64,000 nt of DNA, from contig SBBB01000022.1 in NCBI GenBank assembly GCA_005239895.1, positions 4,098-68,097 on the forward strand. The letters run 5' to 3'. The stretch's first letter is position 1; the number at the start of each line of letters is the position of its first letter. This DNA is from a bacterium (GTDB lineage: Bacteria > Patescibacteriota > Patescibacteriia > SBBB01). The translations under genes were made by a program, and so were the position numbers. Below, in pieces: positions 8,714 to 19,464 of the stretch. The notes under the pieces were generated by a model, which had not been told where the DNA came from, did no database searches, and worked only from the letters and a program-made list of their open reading frames with translations.

Positions 8714-9511
8714 ATGAATTCACTTATGCATCTACTAATGAATCGTGTTATTTTAACTGGTTTATTATTATTAAACATATTATTAGTTTTCTTCTCTCCG
8801 CAGGCGGGATTAGAAACCTTATATCAATTTATAATCGTATTGGGAGCAATTTTAATTTGTGAAACTACAATTCATTTTTTAAAAGGCTATCATTTAATAT
8901 TATATAGTAGTAGTAATGGATTTATTTCAGCTATGATAATCAGCTTACTATTGCCACCACGCCAAGTACCTGTACTAGCCTTGATATTAATTGGAGTAAT
9001 CACAAGTTTATCATCCGAATTTATACGTCATCAAAACCGACCGATTTTTAATCCTACAGCCTTGGCTTTAATTATAACTTCTTTTATATATTCATCTTTA
9101 GCCTATATTTGGTCCCCTAACGCTTTTCTTGCCCCAACTGTTTTATTATCTATAATTGTAATCACACTTAGTAATAGGTGGCATTTAGTCGCTGGATTCT
9201 GCGCGCCTCTACTTATTGCAGGACTAGTAAATATATTTCAATCTAATAATTATAGTACTTTTAATTTGTTAGTTGGGGCTATATTTTTTATGGGCATTAT
9301 GTTAATTGAACCTAGGTCATCACCCTTAAATACGCACGGACAAGTTTTTTTTGGTATTATAATCGGACTATCCTATTTATTTTTAAATTCCGAACAATTA
9401 AAAAATCCACTACTACTAGCTTTATTAATAGGTAATATTGCTGTTCCCCTTCTTAATAACCTATTTATTCAACATAATCATCAAAATCCAGTCCCCGACT
9501 TAGTAAAATAA
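8714..9511 (+). CDS. RnfD/NqrB-like integral membrane protein
   Basis: IFNPTAL and MLIEPRSSP motifs; about 9 TM helices. Confidence 0.6.
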   Translation: MNSLMHLLMNRVILTGLLLLNILLVFFSPQAGLETLYQFIIVLGAILICETTIHFLKGYHLILYSSSNGFISAMIISLLLPPRQVPVLALILIGVITSLSSEFIRHQNRPIFNPTALALIITSFIYSSLAYIWSPNAFLAPTVLLSIIVITLSNRWHLVAGFCAPLLIAGLVNIFQSNNYSTFNLLVGAIFFMGIMLIEPRSSPLNTHGQVFFGIIIGLSYLFLNSEQLKNPLLLALLIGNIAVPLLNNLFIQHNHQNPVPDLVK

Positions 9512-9579
9512 ATAAATGTAAGAAACTGGCGCGATCGCGATGGTTTCTTACATTTGTACTATACAATACAGCAATAATT

Positions 9580-9608
9580 AATGTTTAGGAGTTGAACTCC
9601 TAAACATT
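9580..9608. repeat. REP-like perfect palindrome ATGTTTAGGAGTT-G-AACTCCTAAACAT
   Basis: Related copies at 20676-20702, 51467-51491 and 58008-58036. Confidence 0.8.
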
Positions 9609-9689
9609 GGTTTTTTAAAAATAAATCCATATATTTCAACATTTATGAAGTATTATGACTTGAATTTAGTATAAAATACCAGTACTTGA

Positions 9690-9811
9690 CCCTGTTAGAA
9701 ATCGCGATCGCTACAAAATATACGCAAAGACCTGTATACTCAACAAAGGAGTCGTTATAAAGAAAATTTAACTCTGTTTAATACCTAGATCGCGACCTGT
9801 TTCTAACGGGG
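9690..9811. mobile_element. MITE family 1 (CCCCGTTAGA..TCTAACGGGG), subfamily A
   Basis: Terminal inverted repeats, flanking TTGA direct repeat, homology to 35488-35605. Confidence 0.8.
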
Positions 9812-9841
9812 TTGACCATACATATATTTTCATGATAAAAT
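9812..9841 (+). promoter_or_regulatory. sigma70 promoter for the MBL-hypothetical-gyrA operon
   Basis: TTGACC-18 bp-TAAAAT with extended TG. Confidence 0.55.
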
Positions 9842-9956
9842 ACATGATGTTAATTTAACATTTTAATCAACAATTTAGGCCATTCTGGATTGCAAATTTT
9901 AGACAAAATCTAGGATTTATAATCTACAATGTTTCACTAATCTAATTATACACATT

Positions 9957-10625
9957 ATGCATATAACCTGGTTTGGACAAGCGTGTTTTAAAATTCAAAC
10001 CACTATTAAAGACCAAGAAGTAACTATAATTACAGACCCCTACTCTAAAGAGCTGGGTTTAAAATTGCCCAGAATCTTATCAGCCGATATTGTAACTGTC
10101 AGTCACCAGCATTATGATCACAATAATGTAGATTTAATAGGAAAAAGTAAACAAGAACCGTTTATTATAAATCATGTCGGAGAATATGAAGTAAAATCTG
10201 TTTATATACAAGGTATATCTACTTATCATGATAAATCTAAAGGAGCAGAAAGAGGAATGAATACAGTTTATAAAATGTATTTGGAGCATAATATAGTACT
10301 AGCGCATTTGGGTGATATTGGTCATGTATTAACGACCGAACAATTAGACGAACTGAATGGTGTTCATATTCTCTTAATACCCGTGGGTGGAGTATATACT
10401 ATAGATAGCGCTGATGCTCAAAAAATAATTTCTGAAATTGAACCTAAAATAGTTATACCCATGCACTACGATCTACCCGGCTTAAAAGTTGACTTGGATC
10501 CCGTAGAAAAATTTTTACACGCCCTAGGAATTAAAGAGCACGAACCCCAAACTAAACTAAAGATTAGTAAGAAAGATTTAGAGAAAGAAGGAACCCAGAC
10601 GATAGTTCTAACCCCGAGTTCTTAA
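9957..10625 (+). CDS. MBL-fold metallo-hydrolase
   Basis: ITWFGQACF, SHQHYDH, HLGD and PMHY motifs. Confidence 0.85.
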   Translation: MHITWFGQACFKIQTTIKDQEVTIITDPYSKELGLKLPRILSADIVTVSHQHYDHNNVDLIGKSKQEPFIINHVGEYEVKSVYIQGISTYHDKSKGAERGMNTVYKMYLEHNIVLAHLGDIGHVLTTEQLDELNGVHILLIPVGGVYTIDSADAQKIISEIEPKIVIPMHYDLPGLKVDLDPVEKFLHALGIKEHEPQTKLKISKKDLEKEGTQTIVLTPSS

Positions 10626-10630
10626 AATTT

Positions 10631-11014
10631 ATGTCCGGTTTTTCAAAAATATTTCGACGCGAAATAGGAAATCTAAAATGGGACTTAAAACGCCTAAGAA
10701 AATATCCTGAAAAAACCAAACGTAAAATAGTAGCTTACGGAGTTGGAATAATTAGTTTACTGTTATTAACAATCTTGATGACCTTATCTAAATATGCAAT
10801 AACCACCACAACACCAGATAAAAACACGAATCCGAGCCCTGAAATGGAGAATCTTCAAACCAAGTTGTTGGACTTACAACAAACCATAGAAAAACATTTT
10901 GACAGTTTAAAAGAAGTCCGAAATCGTTACAAAACTTTAACGCCTGAACAAATAAAAATTATTGAGTCTAAGCTTAAATCAACAACAACTATTGAATATG
11001 ACCGAACAAAATAA
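10631..11014 (+). CDS. Hypothetical single-TM protein
   Basis: One hydrophobic helix plus a coiled coil; operonic between the MBL gene and gyrA. Confidence 0.65.
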   Translation: MSGFSKIFRREIGNLKWDLKRLRKYPEKTKRKIVAYGVGIISLLLLTILMTLSKYAITTTTPDKNTNPSPEMENLQTKLLDLQQTIEKHFDSLKEVRNRYKTLTPEQIKIIESKLKSTTTIEYDRTK

Positions 11015-13466
11015 AAATATATTTGATATAGGAAAAGTAGAAAATAAAAATATCGTTACGGAAATGCAGGAATCCTACTTAGATTACGCCATGTCAGTTA
11101 TCGTTGCCAGGGCTTTACCTGACGTACGCGATGGACTAAAACCCGTTCATCGACGCATACTCTACGCTATGTGGCAATTAGGTTTAAAATCCAATAGCAA
11201 ATATCGCAAATCAGCCATGGTGGTTGGTGAAGTTTTAGGTAAATATCATCCCCATGGAGATGTCGCAGTCTACGATTCCATGGTGCGTATGGCTCAAGAT
11301 TTTTCACTGCGCTACACTTTAATTAATGGACAAGGCAACTTTGGTTCGGTGGATGGAGATAATGCAGCTGCTATGCGTTACACGGAAAGCAAACTGCAAG
11401 CTTTAGCCGAAGAGTTATTATTTGATTTAGATAAAGAAACCGTACGTTTTGTAGATAACTACGACTCCAGCACCACGGAACCATCCGTATTACCAGCTAA
11501 AATACCCAATCTTTTAATAAATGGCGGCATGGGAATCGCGGTTGGTATGGCAACCAATATTCCCCCTCATAATTTAGGAGAAACCATTGATGCAACTCTA
11601 TGCTTAATTGATAATCCGGAAGCAACCATCGAAGATCTAATGTGTTTTATTAAAGGTCCTGATTTACCAACGGGTGGTATTATTTTTGATAAAGCTGAAA
11701 TTCAAAACACTTATACTACGGGACATGGAAGTATTATCACGCGCGGTGTGGCGGAAATCGTGGAAGAAAAAAATGGTCATCAAATAATTATTTCCGAGTT
11801 TCCTTATCAAGTAAATAAATCTGAAGTTATTATAAATATAGCCAACTTGGTTAGAGATAAACAAATTGAGGGTATCAAGGATATCCGAGACGAATCCAAC
11901 AAAGACGGAATACGAGTAGTCATAGAACTCAAAAGAGATTCTTTTCCCAATAAAATTTTAAATCAATTATACAAATTCACAGCTCTTCAAAACACTATTC
12001 ATGTAAACTTACTGGCCCTAGTAGATGGCATCCAGCCTAAAGTTTTAAGCTTAAAAAGTATTCTGGAAGAATATATTAAACACCGCCAAACAGTTGTGAG
12101 AGCTAGAACGCAATTTGAGTTAAAAGAAGCTCAAGCCAGGGTGCATATTTTACTAGGTCTTAAAATCGCTCTGGATAATATAGATGCAATTATTAAACTC
12201 ATTAAATCTTCCGCGGATCGCAATGACGCTCGTGAAAATTTAATGAAAAAGTACAAACTAAGTGAAATTCAATCCAATGCGATTTTAGACATGCGTTTTG
12301 GACAATTAGCCAAACTACAAAGATTTGAAATTGAAAATGAACTAAAAGAAAAACAATTGTTAATCAAGCATCTACAAGAAATACTATCTTCCCCTAAAAA
12401 ATTAATGGGAATTATTAAAGCCGAACTAAATCATATTAAAGAAAAGTACGCAGATGAGCGTCGCACTAAAATTGTGCCCACTAAACTTACAGATTTTAAT
12501 CAAGAAGATATTATCCCTGATGAACCCACGGTAGTTGTCATCACTAAAGATGGTTATATAAAGCGACTATCACCAGACATATTCAAGGCGCAAACTAGGG
12601 GTGGCAAAGGTGTTATTGGCATAGAAACTAAGGCTGAAGATGTGGTGGATCAATTCTTGTCAGCCACTACTCATAATGACTTACTCTGTTTCACAACCCG
12701 CGGACGGGTGTTTAAAATTAAAGTTTACGAAGTATCCCTAACCTCACGCACAGCCAAGGGTCAAGCCTTGGTGAACTTCTTAAACTTACAAGAAAATGAA
12801 AAGGTTAGCGTAACTTTACCCTTAACCAAAACTCATAAGAGTGATGCTCAATATTTAGTCATGATCACCAAACGAGGTGTGATTAAAAAAGTAGCTATTA
12901 AATTTTTTGAAAATGTTCGCAAGTCTGGACTAACAGCTATAAAATTAAAACCTGATGATTGTTTAGAGTGGGTTAAACCATCTAGCGGCAAAGACCAAAT
13001 TATGCTCGTTACTACTTTAGGTAAAAGTATAAGATTTAAAGAAAGCAATGTGCGTGAAATGGGACGTGTAGCTGGTGGTGTGCGCGGCATTAGATTAGCT
13101 CCTAAAGATGAAATTGTAAGCATGGATATTGTGAGTGATGCCGTAAAACAAAAAAAGGAACTGCTAGTAATTACAACCCTGGGTTTTGGAAAAAGAACGG
13201 ATCTAAATCAATATCGCATTCAAGCCCGGGGTGGCTCAGGTATAAAAACCGCAAAAATTACACCGAAAATAGGTAAAATCATAAAAGCTTTTGTGGTTGA
13301 CTCGGAATTAAGTGAGTCTTTGGATTTAATTATTATTTCTCAAAATGGACAGGTTATTCGCTTACACTACAAAGAAGTAAATAAATTAGGACGAACCACC
13401 CAGGGAGTCAGAGTAATGAGATTCAAACAAAATGATGATTTAGTTGCTTCTATAGCGCTAGTTTAG
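10998..13466 (+). CDS. gyrA: DNA gyrase subunit A
   Basis: [23 protein letters not shown] catalytic Tyr, GyrA-box QTRGGKG, C-terminal beta-pinwheel repeats. Confidence 0.97.
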   Translation: MTEQNKNIFDIGKVENKNIVTEMQESYLDYAMSVIVARALPDVRDGLKPVHRRILYAMWQLGLKSNSKYRKSAMVVGEVLGKYHPHGDVAVYDSMVRMAQDFSLRYTLINGQGNFGSVDGDNAAAMRYTESKLQALAEELLFDLDKETVRFVDNYDSSTTEPSVLPAKIPNLLINGGMGIAVGMATNIPPHNLGETIDATLCLIDNPEATIEDLMCFIKGPDLPTGGIIFDKAEIQNTYTTGHGSIITRGVAEIVEEKNGHQIIISEFPYQVNKSEVIINIANLVRDKQIEGIKDIRDESNKDGIRVVIELKRDSFPNKILNQLYKFTALQNTIHVNLLALVDGIQPKVLSLKSILEEYIKHRQTVVRARTQFELKEAQARVHILLGLKIALDNIDAIIKLIKSSADRNDARENLMKKYKLSEIQSNAILDMRFGQLAKLQRFEIENELKEKQLLIKHLQEILSSPKKLMGIIKAELNHIKEKYADERRTKIVPTKLTDFNQEDIIPDEPTVVVITKDGYIKRLSPDIFKAQTRGGKGVIGIETKAEDVVDQFLSATTHNDLLCFTTRGRVFKIKVYEVSLTSRTAKGQALVNFLNLQENEKVSVTLPLTKTHKSDAQYLVMITKRGVIKKVAIKFFENVRKSGLTAIKLKPDDCLEWVKPSSGKDQIMLVTTLGKSIRFKESNVREMGRVAGGVRGIRLAPKDEIVSMDIVSDAVKQKKELLVITTLGFGKRTDLNQYRIQARGGSGIKTAKITPKIGKIIKAFVVDSELSESLDLIIISQNGQVIRLHYKEVNKLGRTTQGVRVMRFKQNDDLVASIALV

Positions 13467-13529
13467 ATTATAGATTAGAATTAATTTGTACTATAAATAA
13501 CAACCAATAAATTAAAATAATTTTTAATT

Positions 13530-13640
13530 ATGGAAAAAACTGAACAAGGTAAAAAATTTCAACCAGGTGAAGCATTTATTTACGGTGCGATTATTGGACT
13601 AATCATTGGGGTATTTTTTGGCATGGGTCTTATTCATTAA
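13530..13640 (+). CDS. 36-aa glycine-zipper membrane peptide, possibly a truncated gene
   Basis: MEKTEQGKKFQPGEAFIYGAIIGLIIGVFFGMGLIH; a similar Gly-zipper stretch continues in another frame to 13728. Confidence 0.4.
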   Translation: MEKTEQGKKFQPGEAFIYGAIIGLIIGVFFGMGLIH

Positions 13641-13838
13641 ATTATTTTATAAAAAAACTCTAGAAAATTTGGCTAGTGGTTTCGTTGGTGGTTTAGTTTT
13701 TGGTTTAATTGTTGGATTTTTAGGGTAGTTTGGTTTTGTTGTAATTGTTTTATATTTTGCATAATTGTTTGTTTTTTAATTCCATTTCTTGTAATAAATC
13801 CTGTTTTATACTTAACCCCATAATCTGGACAGTTTTGG

Positions 13839-13904
13839 CACTACTTAGTAACACTACTTAGTAACACTACTTAGTAACACTACTTAGTGGCAAGGCGACC
13901 AAGT
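13839..13904. repeat. 13-bp tandem repeat (CACTACTTAGTAA, about 3.8 units) merging into a REP-like palindrome
   Basis: Read directly; the last unit continues ACTTAGTGGCAAGGCGACCAAGT. Confidence 0.85.
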
Positions 13905-13980
13905 TTAACAAACTATCCCCTGTTGACTTTTATAGCAATAAAATGGTATAATTAGTCTATTATTTTTATAACTTATTTAT

Positions 13981-14298
13981 ATGCACATTGCAATCATCAA
14001 AACCGGAGGGAAACAATATATTGTAAAAGAAAAAGATTTGCTTAAAATTGAAAAAATTGATGGTTTGGTTGGCGATCAAACAAAGTTTGATCAAGTATTA
14101 TTTACCGGAGACACTGATGGTAATCAAGCAAACATCGGCTATCCATATCTTCCTAAGTCATCTGTCACAGGCACAATCACCGAGCAAAAAAAAGATAAAA
14201 AAGTATCCATCATTAAATTTAAATCCAAAGTTAGATACAAAAGAAAAACTGGTCACAGACAACCTGTAACCGTAGTTCAAATCACAAACTTAAAATAA
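13981..14298 (+). CDS. rplU: 50S ribosomal protein L21
   Basis: IIKTGGKQY and KTGHRQP motifs. Confidence 0.97.
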   Translation: MHIAIIKTGGKQYIVKEKDLLKIEKIDGLVGDQTKFDQVLFTGDTDGNQANIGYPYLPKSSVTGTITEQKKDKKVSIIKFKSKVRYKRKTGHRQPVTVVQITNLK

Positions 14299-14307
14299 AC
14301 AGGAAAT

Positions 14308-14778
14308 ATGCCTGTTCCTAAAAAAATATTAACCTTCTTAGACAAAAATCTAGTTAAATATACTATTTTAGATCATAAACTAGTATATACAGCTTTTGAT
14401 TTATCACAAACTTTAAAAGTTTCACCCCAACAAATCTCTAAAACTATTGTTATAAAAACTGATAAAGAATATATTTTAGCTGTTTTATCAGCCGCGCATT
14501 ATATAAACCTAGCCAAACTTACAAAAATACTAAAAATTAAACGGCTAGCGATTGTAAATGAAAAAACAGTAAGTAAAATCTTTAAAATTAAACCCGGAAC
14601 TATAACACCCTTTGGGAAACTATACAAAATCAAAGTATATTTAGACAAAACCCTATTAAAATCAAAAAATATAATTACTCAATCCGGAAGCCTAAAAAAT
14701 TCTATAAATTTTAAACCAAAAGACTTTCTAAAAATAACCAATGGAGAAATGTGCGATTTTTCATCCAAAAAACGCTAG
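14308..14778 (+). CDS. YbaK/prolyl-tRNA editing-family protein
   Basis: H.LVYTA, ISKTIV and PGTITPFG motifs. Confidence 0.8.
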   Translation: MPVPKKILTFLDKNLVKYTILDHKLVYTAFDLSQTLKVSPQQISKTIVIKTDKEYILAVLSAAHYINLAKLTKILKIKRLAIVNEKTVSKIFKIKPGTITPFGKLYKIKVYLDKTLLKSKNIITQSGSLKNSINFKPKDFLKITNGEMCDFSSKKR

Positions 14779-14836
14779 TATTCAAACAATTTAAAACATT
14801 TGGCATTGAGACCTGAATAATAATTAGGAAATAAAT

Positions 14837-15583
14837 ATGAAAAATCTCTCAACTTTAAACGTAAACACATTGAGTAATACAACCTTTCAAACTAGCCTAC
14901 CAAGTTTCACAGGCCCACTGGATTTACTTTTAAATTTAATTTCTAGTGAAAAACTAGATATTAATACAGTTTCTTTAGCCAAAATCACTGACCAATACTT
15001 AAATTATATCTCTACAACCAATATTTCCCCTGATGAAACTAGTGATTTTCTATTAATCGCTAGCAAACTAATCTTAATTAAAGCTAAAACTTTATTGCCA
15101 ACAATGAATAACGACCTCAACCAAGAAGATGAAATAAATCTAGAACAACAACTTAAAATCTACAAGGAATATTTGAAGGCTATGGATTATATAAAAACCT
15201 TAATATCTAAACAACAAATCGGCTTTGCTAAAGAAAAAATGTATATTCCACTTGAAAATAAAGTTTATCCTGATCCCAATATTTCAAAATCACAATTAAA
15301 AACTATAATGGAAAATATTATAAGTAAAAGAGCTCTAACTATTATTAAACCTCAAGTGCTTGAAAATACTTATATTAGTTTAAGAGAAAGAATAAAACAA
15401 CTTAATGACATAGTGTGCAAAGAAATAAAAGTGTGTTTTTCAGCGCTTACTGTTAGTACGGCCTCTAAAATAGAAATTATTATAAATTTTTTAGCAATTT
15501 TAGAGTTATTTAAACGCAATGTAATAATTATAAATCAAAAAAATACTTTTGATGAAATTGAAATTGAGCACATGCCGAAATAA
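14837..15583 (+). CDS. scpA: Segregation and condensation protein A (kleisin)
   Basis: FTGPLDLLLNLI, IKAKTLLP and FLAILEL motifs. Confidence 0.92.
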   Translation: MKNLSTLNVNTLSNTTFQTSLPSFTGPLDLLLNLISSEKLDINTVSLAKITDQYLNYISTTNISPDETSDFLLIASKLILIKAKTLLPTMNNDLNQEDEINLEQQLKIYKEYLKAMDYIKTLISKQQIGFAKEKMYIPLENKVYPDPNISKSQLKTIMENIISKRALTIIKPQVLENTYISLRERIKQLNDIVCKEIKVCFSALTVSTASKIEIIINFLAILELFKRNVIIINQKNTFDEIEIEHMPK

Positions 15584-15609
15584 AAACTCGTACGCATAAT
15601 ATAAAGACA

Positions 15610-15645
15610 AATTTAAAACTCCGACTTGCATCGGAGTTTTAAATT
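15610..15645. terminator. Bidirectional terminator between scpA and the micropeptide gene
   Basis: AATTTAAAACTCCGA-CTTGCA-TCGGAGTTTTAAATT. Confidence 0.75.
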
Positions 15646-15675
15646 ATAGACTGAAATTCTATTTCAAGTATTGTT

Positions 15676-15732
15676 TTATCTTTTCTTTTTTGCTGTTTTT
15701 TTTGCTGTTTTTTTTGCTTTTTTGGCTGCCAT
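15676..15732 (-). CDS. 18-aa Lys/Ala-rich histone-H1-like micropeptide MAAKKAKKTAKKTAKKKR
   Basis: Strong SD AAGGGGGTGA before the ATG, extended -10 TG-T-TATAAT at 15843-15851, own terminator. Confidence 0.7.
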   Translation of the reverse strand: MAAKKAKKTAKKTAKKKR

Positions 15733-15885
15733 ATTTATTCACCCCCTTCTCTCGTCGTCCATCATAATAATGGATTCAGAAAATATCAATTAATGATATA
15801 CAAAAATTATTAAAAAATTTCTCTCAACTGTTTCCTAAAAATATTATAACACATAATTGCATTAAAAACTATAATTTAAAAAAAG

Positions 15886-15894
15886 TTATCCACA
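15886..15894 (+). promoter_or_regulatory. Consensus DnaA box TTATCCACA
   Basis: Exact match, upstream of the micropeptide promoter. Confidence 0.5.
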
Positions 15895-15905
15895 ATTAAA
15901 ACGTG

Positions 15906-16418
15906 TCAAGATCTGGGAACAGATAAATTAATTTTGTTTTTTGAAAAAATTTTTATTCCTGACGCTCCGCACACTGCTAAGGCTAGAGCATCCGCGGCGT
16001 CGTCTGGCTTGGGAGTCTCTTTAAGTTTCAAAATCATCTTGATCATTTTCTGAATTTGATTTTTACTCGCCAAACCATACCCTGTAATGGATTGTTTGAC
16101 CTGCAATGGAGTAAGTTCTTTTAATAAAATATTATTTTGCTCAATCACAAGTAAAATTACACCAATGGCATGACTAACAATGATAGCGGTTTTCATATTT
16201 TTGAAGAAAAAAATTTTTTCTACGCAAATTAAATCCGGAGAAAATTTAGAAATCAATTCTTGCAGATCAGTATGTATTATTTTTAAACGTTTAGATAGCG
16301 CGAGTTTAGAGTCGGTTTTAATACAACCGTAAGTAATCATTTTTAGCTTAGATTGATCTTGGGATATAACACCATAACCAATTGTTTGGATTCCAGGATC
16401 AATGCCTAATATAATCAT
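15906..16418 (-). CDS. ruvC: Holliday junction resolvase
   Basis: ILGIDPG, VEKIFF and DDAADALA motifs. Confidence 0.96.
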   Translation of the reverse strand: MIILGIDPGIQTIGYGVISQDQSKLKMITYGCIKTDSKLALSKRLKIIHTDLQELISKFSPDLICVEKIFFFKNMKTAIIVSHAIGVILLVIEQNNILLKELTPLQVKQSITGYGLASKNQIQKMIKMILKLKETPKPDDAADALALAVCGASGIKIFSKNKINLSVPRS

Positions 16419-17140
16419 AAATCTGTATTGGTATAATATTCTTGAACATCATCTAAAGCATCCAAAGCATTAAAAAATTTAGTAATAGATATTTTAGCAT
16501 CTTCTTTGTCACTGTAAATCACTGTTTCTTTGGGTGTATAAATTATAGACGATTCTTTTATAGTTAAACCTAATTTTACAAGTTTGTTTTGAACCTCAGC
16601 TAAATTATCTGGCAAAACTTGGATGGAAATTTCTTCTCCATCTACATTAAAGTCCTCTGCTCCAGCTTCAAGCAATTGATACTCAAAATCTTCTGATATT
16701 TTATCTGCTGCAATCGAGGCTTTAATTAAACCAACTTTCGTAAAATTCCAGGATACACTGTTGGGACCACCTAAACTGCCGCCATTTTTAGTAAAAACAT
16801 TTTTTATCTCACCAAAAACTCTATTGGGATTATCTACTAAAGCTTCAACCAACACTAAAATACCAAAAGGACCAAATCCTTCGTACATCACTTCTTCATA
16901 ATGCACGCCCTCTGCTCCACCCGAGCCCTTTAGAATTGCTTTTTCAATATTATCTTTAGGCATACTGTAAGATCGCGCCTTGTCTATGGCAAATCGTAAT
17001 TTAAAATTAGTGTCAGGATTAGGGTTGTTATTAACAGCCATAGTAATCTGCCGACTTAACTTAGTAAACAAATTACCACGCTTATTATCAGTAACCGACT
17101 TCTGTCTTTTGGTTGTTGCCCATTTAGAATGACCAGACAT
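16415..17140 (-). CDS. yebC: YebC/PmpR family protein
   Basis: MSGHSKW, YEGFGP and DNPNR motifs. Confidence 0.95.
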   Translation of the reverse strand: MSGHSKWATTKRQKSVTDNKRGNLFTKLSRQITMAVNNNPNPDTNFKLRFAIDKARSYSMPKDNIEKAILKGSGGAEGVHYEEVMYEGFGPFGILVLVEALVDNPNRVFGEIKNVFTKNGGSLGGPNSVSWNFTKVGLIKASIAADKISEDFEYQLLEAGAEDFNVDGEEISIQVLPDNLAEVQNKLVKLGLTIKESSIIYTPKETVIYSDKEDAKISITKFFNALDALDDVQEYYTNTDL

Positions 17141-17143
17141 ACA

Positions 17144-17206
17144 TAAGTTAGAAAGTTAGAAAGTTAAGAAGCTAAGAAGCTAATAAGCTAATAAGCTAAT
17201 AAGCTA
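17144..17206. repeat. Degenerate 8-mer tandem array (AAGTTAGA/AAGCTAAG/AAGCTAAT)
   Basis: Read directly, upstream of yebC. Confidence 0.8.
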
Positions 17207-17287
17207 TTCAGCTAATTTTAGTATATTTTTGGCATCAAAATCAAGACTTGTTTTATATATCACGGTTTGATAAGCTTTAAACAAAAT

Positions 17288-18721
17288 ATGATCAAAAAAC
17301 AAGACCAAAAATCTAAAATCGCTATACTAGGATTTGGGGGCGAAGGACAAGCTATTTTTAAATTTTTAAGCGCCAATAAAAACAATTTCATTACAATTTG
17401 TGATAAAAAAAGTAAATCTAATCTCATTAAGGATATTCCCGATTTGCAAATGTTAAAAAATCTAAAAAACAGTACAAAAGATAATCCAAGATGGCAGTGC
17501 GGAAAAAACTGGCTTAAAAACTTAAAATCTTTTGATGTAATTTATCGCAGTCCAGGCGTGCCCTACACGACCAAAGAAATTACATTAGCCCAAAAATCAA
17601 AAATAATAGTATCCAGTAGCACAAAACTATTTATGGAGCAATGTCATCAAACTATAATTGGAATAACTGGCACTAAAGGTAAGAGCACCACTGCTTCTAT
17701 TTTATACAACATTCTTAAACAAAATAAACTTTCAGTTAAAATAGGTGGAAACATGGGTGTGCCATTAATTTCTATCCTCCCTGATAAAAACCCTCAAAAA
17801 AATATAATAGTTGCAGAATTGTCCAGTTATCAACTCCAGGATTTAACAACATCCCCCCATATAGCCATAGTTTTAAATATAGAATCGGAGCACCTAAATG
17901 TTCATAAAAATATAAATGAATATTTTCAGGCAAAGGCCAATATCTTGCGTTACCAAACCAAACAAGACTACGCTATTTTAAATGCCGATCATGTGCTTGT
18001 AAAATCCATGTCTAATATAACGCCTGCTAAAATATATTATTTTAGCTCTACCACTCCAGTTGAAAACGGATGTTTTATTAAAAATCAAGAAATTATATGG
18101 AGAAAAAACAATAAAGAACGTAAAATTTTAAATTTAAATCAAATTTCTCTAAGAGGTAAACATAATTTAGAAAACATTTTAGCCGCAATCACAGCTAGTA
18201 TGATTTTGCGTCCAACCATCAAACTAGAGCAAGCTCTAAAAAAATTCAAGGGACTTCCCCATCGCTTAGAATTCATAAAACAAATCAAGGGTGTTAAATA
18301 TTATAATGATTCCGCTGCTACCACACCTATCGCAACTATAGCCGCTATTCAAGAACTTAAACCAAATGTCTTAATTTTGGGTGGATCGTTTAAAAACGCA
18401 AATTATAGAGCAGTGTGCGAAACTATATTAAAAAACCAAACACGCGAAATTATTTTAATAGGAGAAACCGCTCAGATTATTAAACAAATCTTGCAAAAAA
18501 TAGTTAATACACATAAAACCAAATATAAACTGCCGTTAATTCATGCTAAATCCAAAAATATGGCAAACATAATAGCAACTATTAATACTATTAGTCAACC
18601 AAACGATATCGTACTTTTATCACCAGCTTCAGCTAGTTTTGGAATGTTTGTAAATTACGTAGATCGAGGAAACCAGTTCAAAAAAGGAATTTTAGAAGAA
18701 AAACAAAAAGTTAAAAGCTAA
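17288..18721 (+). CDS. murD: UDP-MurNAc-L-Ala:D-Glu ligase
   Basis: GITGTKGKSTT, ELSSYQL, HRLE, YYNDS and LLSPASASF motifs. Confidence 0.95.
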   Translation: MIKKQDQKSKIAILGFGGEGQAIFKFLSANKNNFITICDKKSKSNLIKDIPDLQMLKNLKNSTKDNPRWQCGKNWLKNLKSFDVIYRSPGVPYTTKEITLAQKSKIIVSSSTKLFMEQCHQTIIGITGTKGKSTTASILYNILKQNKLSVKIGGNMGVPLISILPDKNPQKNIIVAELSSYQLQDLTTSPHIAIVLNIESEHLNVHKNINEYFQAKANILRYQTKQDYAILNADHVLVKSMSNITPAKIYYFSSTTPVENGCFIKNQEIIWRKNNKERKILNLNQISLRGKHNLENILAAITASMILRPTIKLEQALKKFKGLPHRLEFIKQIKGVKYYNDSAATTPIATIAAIQELKPNVLILGGSFKNANYRAVCETILKNQTREIILIGETAQIIKQILQKIVNTHKTKYKLPLIHAKSKNMANIIATINTISQPNDIVLLSPASASFGMFVNYVDRGNQFKKGILEEKQKVKS

Positions 18722-18749
18722 AAGCTAACTCCTAATTCCTATTTCTATT

Positions 18750-19460
18750 ATGTTTAAAAAATATTTTTGGTTAAAATTAATAATAATTGCGATTGTTCTT
18801 ATTGTTATAGCAACTATTTTTACATCTCCTAAAAACAATGTACCTAAAAATGATAAAATAAACTTTACAGCCAACTCGTCAAATAAACAATCCTCAACTA
18901 TTACTAATGATTATTCCTTGGCTTTAAATGATTATAGTCCTCATATTGGAGAAAATAATGCTGATATAATTATAATTGAATTCGCTGATTTTCAATGTTC
19001 GGCATCTAAAGAAGCTTTTCCGATTATTCGGGAACTAATCAGTGAATATGGCAACAAAATAAAATATATTTATAGACACTTTCCCTTAGCTGATCGAGCT
19101 GATGTTTCTGGTAAAATAGCTGAAGCATCTATGTGCGCCAATGATCAAGGTAAATTTTTTAATTTTCATGATAAGGCTTTTCAAAATCAAGATAATTTTT
19201 CTGGGCTTTCCGATATATATTTATACGCTAAACAAATTGGAATCAATACCGAACAGTTTACCAAGTGCTTGGGTAGTGGCAAATATATAAATTTAATTAA
19301 AAAAGATACTAGCGATGGTGCGAAATTAGGCATCAGGGGAACACCTACCTGGTTTTTATTTACGAAAGACCATAAATGGTATAAAATAGAAGGAGCAATT
19401 CCTAAAAATTTATTTAAACAAGCCATAGATGATTTACTAAAAAATTCTCAAATAAAATAA
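18750..19460 (+). CDS. DsbA-family thioredoxin-fold protein (CxxS variant), membrane anchored
   Basis: EFADFQCSAS, YRHFPL and GIRGTPTW motifs. Confidence 0.85.
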   Translation: MFKKYFWLKLIIIAIVLIVIATIFTSPKNNVPKNDKINFTANSSNKQSSTITNDYSLALNDYSPHIGENNADIIIIEFADFQCSASKEAFPIIRELISEYGNKIKYIYRHFPLADRADVSGKIAEASMCANDQGKFFNFHDKAFQNQDNFSGLSDIYLYAKQIGINTEQFTKCLGSGKYINLIKKDTSDGAKLGIRGTPTWFLFTKDHKWYKIEGAIPKNLFKQAIDDLLKNSQIK

Positions 19461-19464
19461 TTTT

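Noticed and set aside
13839-13888. Possible CRISPR array
   Set aside because: The 13-bp units are directly adjacent with no spacers, and there are no cas genes.
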